A stretch of 64,000 bases of DNA, taken from Trichoplax adhaerens. Taxonomy: Eukaryota; Animalia; Placozoa. The stretch spans positions 673,643 through 737,642 of the forward strand of contig NW_002060964.1 of the NCBI RefSeq assembly GCF_000150275.1, read 5' to 3'. The notes beneath the pieces were generated by a model. That model was not told where the DNA came from. It saw only the letters and a list, made by a program, of their open reading frames with translations, and did no database searches. Of the stretch, positions 1 to 11,600 are shown piece after piece. The position numbers and the translations under genes are program-made. Position 1 is the stretch's first letter, and each line of letters opens with the position of its first letter.

Positions 1-621
1 AGTGCATGAAGCTAGTTGCTTAGATAGTTAAGGCTACTTTAGAGAAAGAAATTCCATTAATTTTTGTGTTGTAATCTCGGCTGTGATAGTAAAACATAAT
101 CATTTTAAAGACATAAATATCAAAGTTGCATGCAAGCCATGGAGTTAACCCTGCATCGACTTTAAATCAGATTATCGTCCTATTATTGAGCCAAACTAAA
201 TAATAGCTGAAAATTGCTGTCGTAATTTTACGTGCAGATGCTAATATTTACCGCTACTCTTCAGCTACCTTCATTATAATAGCATTGACTACGATACTGC
301 ATGCAACGAGATCCGATAACTGTGATTAACAATAACTTTGCACAAGCTAGGTTTATTCCAATTTATACCAGCAGATCTTGATGACTTTAATATACCTAGC
401 TATAATTATGAACACTCCTTATCTGATATTAAGCACTGACTAAGAGCACTTTATACAAAAAAGTGAAAGCTCAAATCTGCATTTGGACAAATAGTTTCGG
501 ATTTTTTTTACGATTTTATGCTGCTTACCATTGCAAATAAAAAGTTTGCCTATGAATATATCTCAAAACGACAAAATAGGCATCTCATAATAGTAATTTA
601 CCCAATTATTCTTTCTTAATG

Positions 622-692
622 CATATGTTACGGGCAAAACCCGATATTCGGCCAATACGCGGGCCAACTTCGGATTTTGGCCGTAACCCATG
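622..692. mobile_element. Small GC-rich inverted-repeat (MITE-like) element
   Basis: Left arm GTTACGGGCAAAACCCGA matches the reverse complement of the right arm TCGGATTTTGGCCGTAAC at 16/18. The pairing extends to CAT...ATG ends. No convincing target-site duplication. Confidence 0.45.
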
Positions 693-3600
693 TCATGTTT
701 ATACTGAAATTTCACTTCTAGTAAAAGTAGTATTGTTTCGATGATTAAGAATTGCTTTATAATTAATTTTCTATCAACACTATAAGCGTAATTAATCGAT
801 GATCTCGTCCCAAACTATATAAAGTTTGGCACGCATTCTAATAATTGCTAAATCATATCATGAGGTAGCTTCATTAATTAATTGATCGTAGGAATAATAT
901 AGAATCGGGTTACTCATCTATGCAATGCCTATATGATACTATTTAATTAACCCACCATTACATACATCTTTACTAAAAAAGAGAAAACAAATTCCTTCAT
1001 TTTAGTCACCAATAGTTAATCAGCACATACAGTATCTAACAAGTCAGGATAGATATTATCAAAAGTGCTTTAATTTCTTTCAATCTGAATAAGTTTATTT
1101 ATCATTTTTATATATTATAAAGCCTAATTGCTTCTTATTTTTGCGATAATAGTAGTATCTCTACTATCTTGTTAATATTACATTAGTAAAGGTAGCTATA
1201 GCAAGGGCGTAAAGATAATTTCCAAAGTAAAGATACATGGAAAACTAATGCACATGATAATCTGGTTATTTCGATACTTTCTAAGCACTTTATTTGATCT
1301 ATTTATTACAAATTCAATATGCTAGTCCTGTAAAAACTCCATAAACCGCAGACTGTGCCAAGGATTTCATTTTCTAAATAGCATTAAATATCGGAAGGAA
1401 TAGGTGCCGATTAGCAATGTGAAAGTCTAGAAACGACTCTAACTATCGGTACACCATTAGAAGAAAATAATAATGCTGTAGATTGAGTCTATCATTTTAT
1501 TGTAGTATATCGTCATTATTGTAATAAATAACATTATTAAGATAGACATGAATGTAATTAATGTACTATATAGTTGGGTAATCATGATAAAATACTTGGA
1601 TATACGTATAACTAAATAATATGTCTTACTACTGCCATATTAAGATGCAGTCCTTTAGCCTAAAATACTGTAGTATTATATGGATATATAATATATAGCA
1701 AATATATTTAGAGATAGTGTATATATATAAGATATACGAGCATATTTTGTTTACAGCGATGAAGTGGATGTTATAAGCGGTATAGTACGCAACTTTGATG
1801 CTTAACTAATTCAATAACGTTATGCTAATACACAACAGTTGTAGGTACTGTAATGGCAGAATTTTATCGACCTTCTATAAAATTACTTCATAATTTTAAA
1901 GAATAAATTCTTTGTTATAATTCCATTCATTGTTGTATTATTGAATTTGTTTTATCCAAGCATTTTCTAATACATAATAGGGCTACTGCATCTCATGTAT
2001 GAACAATCAGTAATGCTAAGTAGTTGTACAGTAATTAAATTACTTGACAAGACTTTAATACTGTTAAATAACAATCATATAAGTTCTAGCTTTTCCTAAC
2101 CCCGAATTGAAGGCTTTAAAATAAGTTATCTTAAGTCGAAACCTACTTTTACTTTACCCAAATGTGTTAATAATTAATTATAAATAACAGTCAACATACG
2201 TAAATATTCATACGATTGTAAGCAATCTGCTGAGACTATCATTACACAAATATCACTGCTACGGCTGGGGTCTTATTTCAATGATAGGCCTGTTTGATCG
2301 AACTATTTCACTTATTGCAAGATTGTGCTAAATGAGTTTGAACTATTCAACGTCATAAAGCTATCTCAATGATGATAAGGTAATTTCCGATAAACCGCTA
2401 ATTAGTTTCAATCGAACATGAATTTGCTCTAGTTAAAATTTCATTAGAGGAAATTTTGTGGACATTGCAACGATGTACTCTCTGTGATATCTTTAAGATG
2501 GATACTAAGCATAGCTCGCTCGATTAACCTTACAGTAGAAGTAGTATGCTAAAAAATAATATAAGCAAGCAAATTTAACTTTAAGAAATGTATTCGAAAG
2601 TGATGAAATACTCGGTTTTATTTCCTCACTATTGGCCAGTTATTTACTAAAAGGCAGCAGAAAATTAACTATTTATGAAGTTGGAGATACTTGCGTGTTG
2701 TGTCGTGACTTTAGTACTGGAGTTAAATTCTTAATTAAGTATAGAATTACTAATATGCACTACCGCAGGCTATAATATTTGCGTAATTTAATACGATTAA
2801 TTGCTCATGCCATGGCAATATATGGTAATTCAATGCCCGTAGTTAGCGCATGGAAGTGTGATAATGTTACTACCCTTACTAAATAGATCATGCACTAGAA
2901 TTTTTAAGCGTATGCAACGAGCAGATCGGGAGTTCTTCTTCTTATTAGTTTCTTTTAAATACAGTTACAGTTGTTTTATTGTCATAAAGCTTAATTCGGG
3001 TTTTAAATCCCGTTAGTCTGATTTATTGTGGACCCTTAAGAATTAACTTCACTAAATTGCGATCTAAATACTAAAATAAAGTTACAAAAATCACCATTTA
3101 AAATGGTATTGATTTCATTTAAAATAGGAATCTTATAATGCATGGTATTTAAACGTAAGGATAAACTAGAAATAATAGTTGTTCAGCGAAAGAATGATAA
3201 TTGTACAACCGCTGTTGATTACTGTATATTTTGCAAGATAACTTTATGCGGGCAAAGCTATCATCAGTATCGGAGCAAAAGCATCAAATCACTTCAGAAC
3301 TGGGTGTGCAATCTTCTTTTGGATCATTTCATTATCTCCACAGTACGAATAAATTTCATGTTAAGTACTTGTTTGAAATTCAGATACCCTATGTTGTAAT
3401 ACACCCATATTTGACTATAAGGATAACTATACTTGATTGTGTTAATAGCTATATTTGATATAGTTAGATTACTCTGAATAGATATTATCGTGAAGCTAAT
3501 ATTAGATGATTGCTAACTACTGTATTAGAAATTGTTGATGACTAATATTAGCCAGTTGATAAATTATAGTGCAAGATTTGTGTGGCTAGAAGCACTGTAG

Positions 3601-6600
3601 TTGTTAAGATGCCATTCAGAGAAAGAGGCTAGACGTTAATAGAAGAAGTAGTGGCGCCTTAAGTAGAATGATTTAGATTGTAGAAGAAAATAATATACTA
3701 TTTGAGAAAGGTATTTTGTTTGATGACTCATGTCTGATTGTAGATTAAGCATGTTGTCATAAATGAAGAGAAGAGACTTAACTTCGCTCGGAATACTTTA
3801 GATTTTAGACTAGATTCTTGTAGTAATTAATTATTGCTCTATTATTCCTAAAACCTTGTAATAAAAGCCTTTTAGAAAATACCGTTTTACTAAGATAGTT
3901 ATTGTGAGACATTTTATTGCACCCATACTACCTAGTTTTACAGGAATACATATGAAAGTAATTCGGCCTGCACTATACGTTATATTTGTCATGAATCGGG
4001 TCCAGTTTGCGGAAGCATTTACGTATTTTAGTCTAAGTTGACAACAACAAAATTTTATCTAACTTGCAAGCTTATCTATTTATTCCAATAAGTTCTTCTA
4101 AAAGTCCTTCTTAAAGTCAGAGCATTCTCTCAATACCACACCATCCAAATTACCTTATCCAGCATCTACTTGATTAAATTATTTAAGCTAAATTAAAGAT
4201 ACCGTATACTACTCTTATACTATAAAAATAGGCATTACCAATTATAATAAGTTATGATAGATAAGCCGAACTAATGTATACTTGTACAATCAATTTTTCA
4301 TATCATAATCGCGATAATGTCTTCCCACTCTATCGCTGCCGAGATTTCAATCTGTAAATGAAATAATCGAATTAATTAAGTTGTTTAAACAGCTGTTTGC
4401 CCATCAATCAGTATAGACAGAGCAAGAATTGTAATAATTATATCGGAAAATCGACGAAGATTGATTGCGAAAATTATCCGACTTATTAATTGTCATTATA
4501 GAATTACAATGGTATCAATTAATTAAAGATAACTGCTCTGAACTCTAATAAGTTAATTAAAGTAATTTAAACTTTATATTATCCTTTTTCTTTGGTAGCA
4601 ATAGAAATGAATATGCAGTTACAGAGAATCATTGATTATGTTTTCCGCCGATTTTATCTTAACATCCTATCTTTAACCAGTTGGAAATAGTCTAATTAAA
4701 TAAGTACGAAGAATCTTGTTCTATGAAACTAAATTTGATTAAACTTAGATAATAATCAGCAAAATAGTGAAGAAAGAAAAGGTCACAATTTTATTTTTAT
4801 TATTTTCTTGGATAACTAAGCAACATAGGTTCAGCTCTTTAACCAATAATAATTACATATTGCATAATCTTATAAAGGTATCAATATCCTTTCAAAAATT
4901 AATCGTCATGGGCAAAGATATGCAACTATAGAATGTTCGTATATATATATATATATAGAATTTTTAGTCATTTAAATGCTTCTAGGCAGCAAAAGTGAAA
5001 CCCTACCAGCAGAAGTAAATTCGCCGAGCATATGATGCTATAGCTATAAATGGAAACCGAGTCAGTCTTTGATAAATGATCCGTGAAATCATGATTACAT
5101 TGATTATCAATGTAGGTCTTTATCCAGCTATCTTTAAACTTCATTTCTATTCCTGAAGTAATTTTACATTATCAGTCATGTCAATATCATCCATCAATAT
5201 TATTTGTTTTATAAATTAAACTGCTCTTTATTATACGTCATGATATATTAAATTTGATATTATTAAATTGAATTGGAAACAAATAGCACTATGAACCGAT
5301 TATGCAATGATTTTAAACCCACATGATCTTAAGATCATTATTCAATGCAATATATTCACATATTAATTAATTCATAGCTAATAGAAACCAGTTTCGAAGA
5401 AAGATAAGACCTAATTCGTGAAGTATGACTGACATTAACTTCTTTATTTCATGTCAGCGTAATAAAACTATTCACATTTTAGAATACCCTATCATGGAAT
5501 GATACTTCGTTATTTAACTAAAGCAAATTAATACAATGTATGTAGTTACCGGGCCGAAATAATTGAATTCTATTATCACATGAAGCTATCTGCTTTGTAT
5601 ACGTCTATTTTAGAAAAAGAGTTGTAAGCTTTAAGTCGTAGCGTAAATTTATGCAGTTCTAAGAACTGAGAATCAATTTTCTAATTGTACGTTTAATTTA
5701 CTATATTCGAAATAGCGTAGAGAGAAGTTAAATCAATTGTGTTTAAAAAATAGATAGTGACTACAACAAGGAGCTAGGATTTAATCCTACGCAATATTAA
5801 TAATATAAATCAATATCGATAAAAGTGATTAAATGTGCTCGTATTTAGCGAATGTCACCAAGATAGAACAGTCCTAAACTTGAGGGCTATCCATGGATAA
5901 AGAAGCTTAATTTTCACTCCCAGCTGGCGTAACACTTTTATTATCGTTGTTTACCTAACGGGAGCTATTTTTATGTCATTGGCGGTACTATTTATCGTCA
6001 AAAGAAGCGATTAAAGGATCCAAAGGAAAGTCTGCTACCGGTATATCACAATGGTAAGAGGAAGTATTAAGAAATGATCTCTAACCTATTCATATATTAG
6101 TATAAAGCTATTATGTCTGTATTTTGGCCATTCTCCAATTTGTAACCATATATGAGTATCAGCAAAAGAATCGTATACAGTAAAATGACCTTAAAGCACA
6201 CTTTACTATGGGCTTATTTTTCTTAGATAAAAGATTTCACAAATGACTTTAATTGCAATGCTGATGATTGCTTGTCATCAAGACGCAACAGATTCAACAA
6301 TTTAAATTGAATGTTAATTAATACCGTACATGCACTATAATTCAAGAACTACAGTTACGACAAGAAGAAATACGTAAGGATTTACAGTCACAGCTGGTAC
6401 AGAAAATTATGTTACTTTGATGCATAACATGATAACAGTCATTTAAATCATGCTCAAGTTGGATTATTTTTGTTATTAAGTTCTTATCCAATGATACGCA
6501 AAATCTTCTTTGGTTGATGATTGTTTACGGTCACGGTGAAGAAATTCAAAACACAAAATATTGATTAAGTATGCATGCTATTGTTTCTATCAGCATAGAA

Positions 6601-6819
6601 TATGGATTTGAAACTAGTCCTTTGCACTGTGGCGATTCTTTCTTTTCTATTGATAGAAAGACACATAAAATACGACGTTAATAAATTATAGTATACTCAT
6701 AATGATCACTGTTATCCATCTAGAGGCTATTAAATTTACGCGATGTTATGCTATAAGAAATCTTTTCAATCTATCAAAATTGTTGAATACAAAAAATGAT
6801 GATGGAATTAAATAGTACA

Positions 6820-7050
6820 GTATATTGATCATCTAGAAAGCTGCGATAATAAAAGTATTGATCTAATAGTGAGATGACAATTAATCTAATCGTAGTTGGC
6901 TGATTCATTTAATTTTCCAATTCTACTAGCGGCTAAAAAAAATGAAGATGCAATTAAGTATTACTGCATATTGATCTAGAAAGCTGCAATAGTGAAGGTG
7001 TTGATCCAATATGACAATGTAATCAATGTAGTCATGATTAATTTATTTAA
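6820..7050. repeat. Two-copy diverged tandem duplication, period ~143 bp
   Basis: ATCTAGAAAGCTGC-ATA-T-AA-GT-TTGATC-AATA recurs at ~6830 and ~6974, with similar downstream sequence. Confidence 0.7.
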
Positions 7051-8809
7051 TTTTGAAGTTTTACTCGTGCCTAACCGCGATAACCAGAGGACTCAATTTG
7101 GTTCTTGAAAGGCAATATCGATATTGACGCTTTCATTTATATTGATTATACACCCATAACGGCTATTCCTGCCTTAATCTAGTTGATTACCATCATGATA
7201 TTCAGCTCAATGACGACAACAAATAGGATTTAATCTTATGTTTATAGCTGTTGGACATTTTTAATCCTTTTCGTCTTATTATCATTTTATCCTCCTATTT
7301 TATGATCTATTACTCTCATAAATAAATCAGTCTATTAACTCCCCCGCAATCCTTGACGTCAATACGCTAAAGCACTGCTAGAACTAATCAAAATGGATAA
7401 CAACTAATGCATTTATAGAGCATAAGATGCTTTGGAAACTGTAGTTATCCATTCAATGGGATAAAATAATCTTCGACTTAATACAATCTATTCAAGTCTT
7501 TTTTATCCATCCTTTTTAAAACGAACCGACGTCAAATCGATAAATGATGACCATTTAACCATTGAATCAATAAATATTTAAAGCATTGTTAAGATAGCTG
7601 TAGAAAATACTTAGTTGATTAAAAATAGCAACAAGAGGAAATAGCTGGAATAGGACAGAAAGATGATACAGGGTGATGAAGATAATTAGAAATGATTGTT
7701 TACAAAATAGGGATTAAATTGATATTGATAATCAGCTTGTTGGTAGTAGACTAGATATTTTGACATAATCCAACATAAAATCAACACTTTATTCTCTCCT
7801 TGAATTTAAAATTGCAAACCAAGACAACAATACAACGACGAGACGTGATGATAAATAGAATTAATCTATTTTCTCCTTTTATGTCTAGCAACCAATAAGC
7901 TTGAACATTTTCCTACCAGATTGTTCCCGTTGCCATAAATACTGTAGCATTTTCCTTTAAATTCCACTGCATAGTGACTATCATTCATTACTGACATTGC
8001 GGCATAACCTACCTCTTGCCATCTTCCAACTTACCAATTTACCAGGTATTGTCATGAATAAAATTGATTCGATTTCATAAAAAAATAGCTAGCAATGGAC
8101 ACTGGTTAGGATTTATTCAATTAACTTAATAGCTTAAAAATTGAAAACGATTGGAGTTACCTTAGTTTAAATCAATACATTGATTTCATAAGAAAATATC
8201 TCGTTATTTGGGTACTTTGTTAAACCGAAAGCTTTAACGTTATTCCTTACCGCCTAGTTTGTTTCTTTCTCAGTAATGTTGAACTTTCTTGCAGAAAATT
8301 GGACTTATTAATTAATCTTTTTTCTCCGATAATGATCTATTTTCATTTTCATCCTTCAATCCGTGAATCATTTATCCTTTCCCTTTGAATATGCTTTCGT
8401 ATTTGCTTGTTTAATTATTAGTTTTATGCTCACTCTTGATTTTTCATCAATTATTGAATTTCCTATAGTCAATCTGTTCGGTTTGATTATAAATTGAGTT
8501 ATTTCAGTTTAGCGCAATCATCCAAAAATGGAATCCATTTCTTTAATTCATTATTTATTTGTCATAAGTCAATCGTATTCAATACCTCTTAACAATCATC
8601 TAGCGTTAACCACATCAGACTTTTTGTTTATTCAATTTTTCTCCGTCAATCTACCTGATTTGATTGTAAATCCAGTTAGTTTGGCTTTAGCATCACTGCC
8701 ATATATTTACCACCAATCAATTCTTTTCAATTCCTCTTCAAGACTATCAATCAATCATTGGCTATATCTGATGTTACTCTTTAGCCAACTTTTAGGATAT
8801 TCTAATTTT

Positions 8810-9105
8810 AATAGATTAAAAGCAAATCCTGCGCTACTTCTATACTTCTATATCTGACTTACCCTCTAGCCCTCATAAGATATCGTAAGCTTTCCGTATA
8901 ATCCTGAATCTTGATAAATCAACTTCTAGAATGTTGATCATTTTGATAAAAAGCAAGCAAACTTTATACCGCCGCTTCTGTACTTCAATATCTGACTTAT
9001 CCTATAGACCTTATACAGTATTATAAACTCTCCGTAAAAGCCTGAATCTTAATAAATCAACTACTAGAATATTATCATTTAGATAAAGCACGCAAATCGT
9101 ACGCC
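8810..9105. repeat. Two-copy tandem duplication, period ~139 bp, upstream of the Cys-rich peptide gene
   Basis: CGC--CTTCT-TACTTC-ATATCTGACTTA...CCTGAATCTT-ATAAATCAACT-CTAGAAT begins at 8832 and again at 8971. Confidence 0.85.
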
Positions 9106-9509
9106 ATTGATATAATTACTACGCTTAGAGAAAAACGCTACAAATAAAATAATACAGTGTAGTGCAGCCCCAAATATGCTTAAGACTAAGATTATAAGTC
9201 TGAAACTTCTAATAGTCCTTGGGAGTCGTAAGATGAACCTGATCTTATGTAAGAAAGTGAAGTTTATACGAAACTGTAGTTCTTATTGTATTTTTGAAAA
9301 GACACTTTATCGCATATAGTTTTTAAATCTATCGATCCTCGACGCTTATCTGAGCTATTTCTCTATTCCAGTACCTGTTTGAAGCTAGAATCATTTTATA
9401 TCACCGTAGCGATGAAAAAGATGACATTAAATTAATCATTGATTGATTTGTCTTCATAAACATATTATAGAATCTCATCAACAATACCCTTTCAACTCAA
9501 TCAATCAAG

Positions 9510-9776
9510 ATGAAAGTATCTATCGTTATGCTATGTATTGCATTAGTCATTATGACTACAACAACTACCGCCAGCGCTAATTTATTAGAGCGCTACAGAA
9601 TCTCAAGATCTTGTGGAACATTTTGCCAAGTAGATACAGATTGTTGTTCAGGTGGCTGCTGTAGTCCTGTCAATCGAAGGTGTTACCGAATCGATGCTAC
9701 TGCCAACTATTGCCCTCTAAATAGCTGGCCCGGAGATGGTGCTGGCATCTGCTTACAGGAATTATTCAACTGCTAA
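9510..9776 (+). CDS. Secreted cysteine-rich prepropeptide (88 aa), toxin/defence-peptide-like
   Basis: Hydrophobic signal peptide ending A-S-A, short propeptide ending RISR, and a 55-aa mature region with 10 Cys (C-C-CC-CC-C-C-C-C). Probable 5'UTR intron (GTAAGA at ~9259, TATAG acceptor at 9470). Confidence 0.85.
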   Translation: MKVSIVMLCIALVIMTTTTTASANLLERYRISRSCGTFCQVDTDCCSGGCCSPVNRRCYRIDATANYCPLNSWPGDGAGICLQELFNC

Positions 9777-10749
9777 AAACCGATGCATTAAGATAGAAAT
9801 CCATCATCTTCGTTCCAATCGATATCATGTAGTAGCATGACTAGACGTAATGTAGAAGATTGCCATGTTCCTTTTCATCTTATGCTGTTACCATATACAA
9901 TGTTATGTCGAATTTTCAGCCTCCCTTCTAGCAATAGATTAGATTGATTTCAATTTTGATCATAGCTCTTATTCTAGTTAATGTATCCAATCCCTATCTC
10001 ATAAAATGACGAGTCCTTGATTGATCGTGTAGTTAATCAGGCTATCCCTTTGATCATTTTCTCTTTTAATCTACTACCGGTAAACTATTATTCGTATTTC
10101 CAGGCTAACTTCTTCTCTCTATTTTACGTAGCCGCTATCCTTTTAATCTTTTATTTCCTAGATTTCATCAATAGCTTTTTAAAGTAGCTTCATTTTGTTG
10201 CAGACAATGGTTAAACTATCTACTTTCTCAGTAATCGAAATGACTGCTATTTTGATCGCTATCTTGTATAAGATAGAATATATTCCCTTATGAATAATTT
10301 ATTGTAATGACCGCTATTTCAAATGGGTGCGCTACATTAAAGTAGAGCTCCATAGAAGGCAAAGGGAAATTCTCCTTGCTTGTGATGGTTTAATTTTATT
10401 GCTCTAAGCATCATAAATCTATCTGCTGTATGTATCTATGCGTCTGCCGTTGTAGCACAAGGTATAAATCTTGCTTTATTTATTCCTTTTATCAAATCAA
10501 TAAAAGTAAATACAGCATCAATGGCACTAATGGCTTAATTAAGATGATTCAATAGGTAGATAACTAAACTCAAATTCAATTATTCTATTATTGTAAAATT
10601 CAAGAATGAGGATTACTCCTTATAAAATATTGATTCAACATCATCAATAAATAAAGGATTATCCTCTGAATCAAAGATTACAGTTCATTCTCTATCCCAA
10701 GAATGGAATTTTCTACTCTCTCAATTCATAATATAGCCTATTTAATCAA

Positions 10750-10850
10750 TTTGTTACTCAATAGTGTCTTGAAAGAGGAAAATAAGAAGTATACTCCAAT
10801 TTGAATAATCAGCCTATTTACCAGATCTTAATCTTCTTGACTATTTAAAA
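10750..10850 (+). mobile_element. Degenerate Tc1/mariner-like transposase fragment
   Basis: 10803-10844 translates E*SAYLPDLNLLDY against the family motif EWPxYSPDLNPLDY. The differences (TGG>TAA, CCA>TCA, TCA>TTA, CCT>CTT) are all transitions. An upstream VTQ*CLE resembles TQxWL. Confidence 0.5.
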
Positions 10851-11399
10851 TTCAATAACAAGAATGGATAAGTTAATCATTTTTAAATTCAAATCAATAT
10901 GTCTGTTCGAGACACCTCTATTCGACATTAATACAAGCTCTAAATTCAATTTTACTCCAGGATAACATACGATTATTCATTCTTTTCTTTATTGTACCGC
11001 TTTGACTGGAACCTTATTAACTGCCACTAATAAGGGTATTAATTGAAGGGCTTTTAAAATGTCTATCAGTTAGTATAATATGGATATTACAAGTTGCATG
11101 TAAGTAGTGTCGTCATTCATTATTTTAGTACATCTAGTTTTGAATTGGCAGTAATAGACTGATAATTACTCACCGATTGTTGATCATTAAGGATAAATAG
11201 AACTCATAAGTTATTGTAGAGAGAGATATACCCCATATTAAATTGTATTGATCGCTATATTTTTATAGTTAGGTTTACCAAGAATAAATAGGATCGTAAT
11301 GCTAATATGAGATGATTGCTAACGACTAAAATTAACCATTTAAGTAATTGTAGTACAAGTATTACGTGACTTGATATCCTGAAACTGTGGAGATCCCCA

Positions 11400-11600
11400 G
11401 TACCTTTACGATATTGGATGGTAAAAGAAGAGAAATGATATACTGATGAACACTTTGATTCATTATGTAAAATATTTTGATAATCTATTGGAGAAAAAGT
11501 CTTCTATTTGATGACTAAAGCCTGATTGTAGGAAACTTTGCTAACGCAGATAGTTTAAATGAAGTATATTAAAAAACTATAGCGATGAGCTCGGGCTACA
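11400..11600 (+). mobile_element. Degenerate Mutator-like (MULE) transposase fragment
   Basis: Motifs in the expected order across frameshifts: YDIGW*KKR (11407), FDSL, IGEKV, TKA..CRK.C, KNYS(fs)SSG (11572-11596). Compare invertebrate MULE motifs YDMGWQKR..YDSL..GKV..K.CRKC..N..GSS. Confidence 0.4.

Noticed and set aside
3142-3458. Short ORFs at 3142/3231, and also 8528, 11683, 14430-15068 and 40093-42113
   Set aside because: No recognisable motifs, AT-biased composition and no supporting exon chain.
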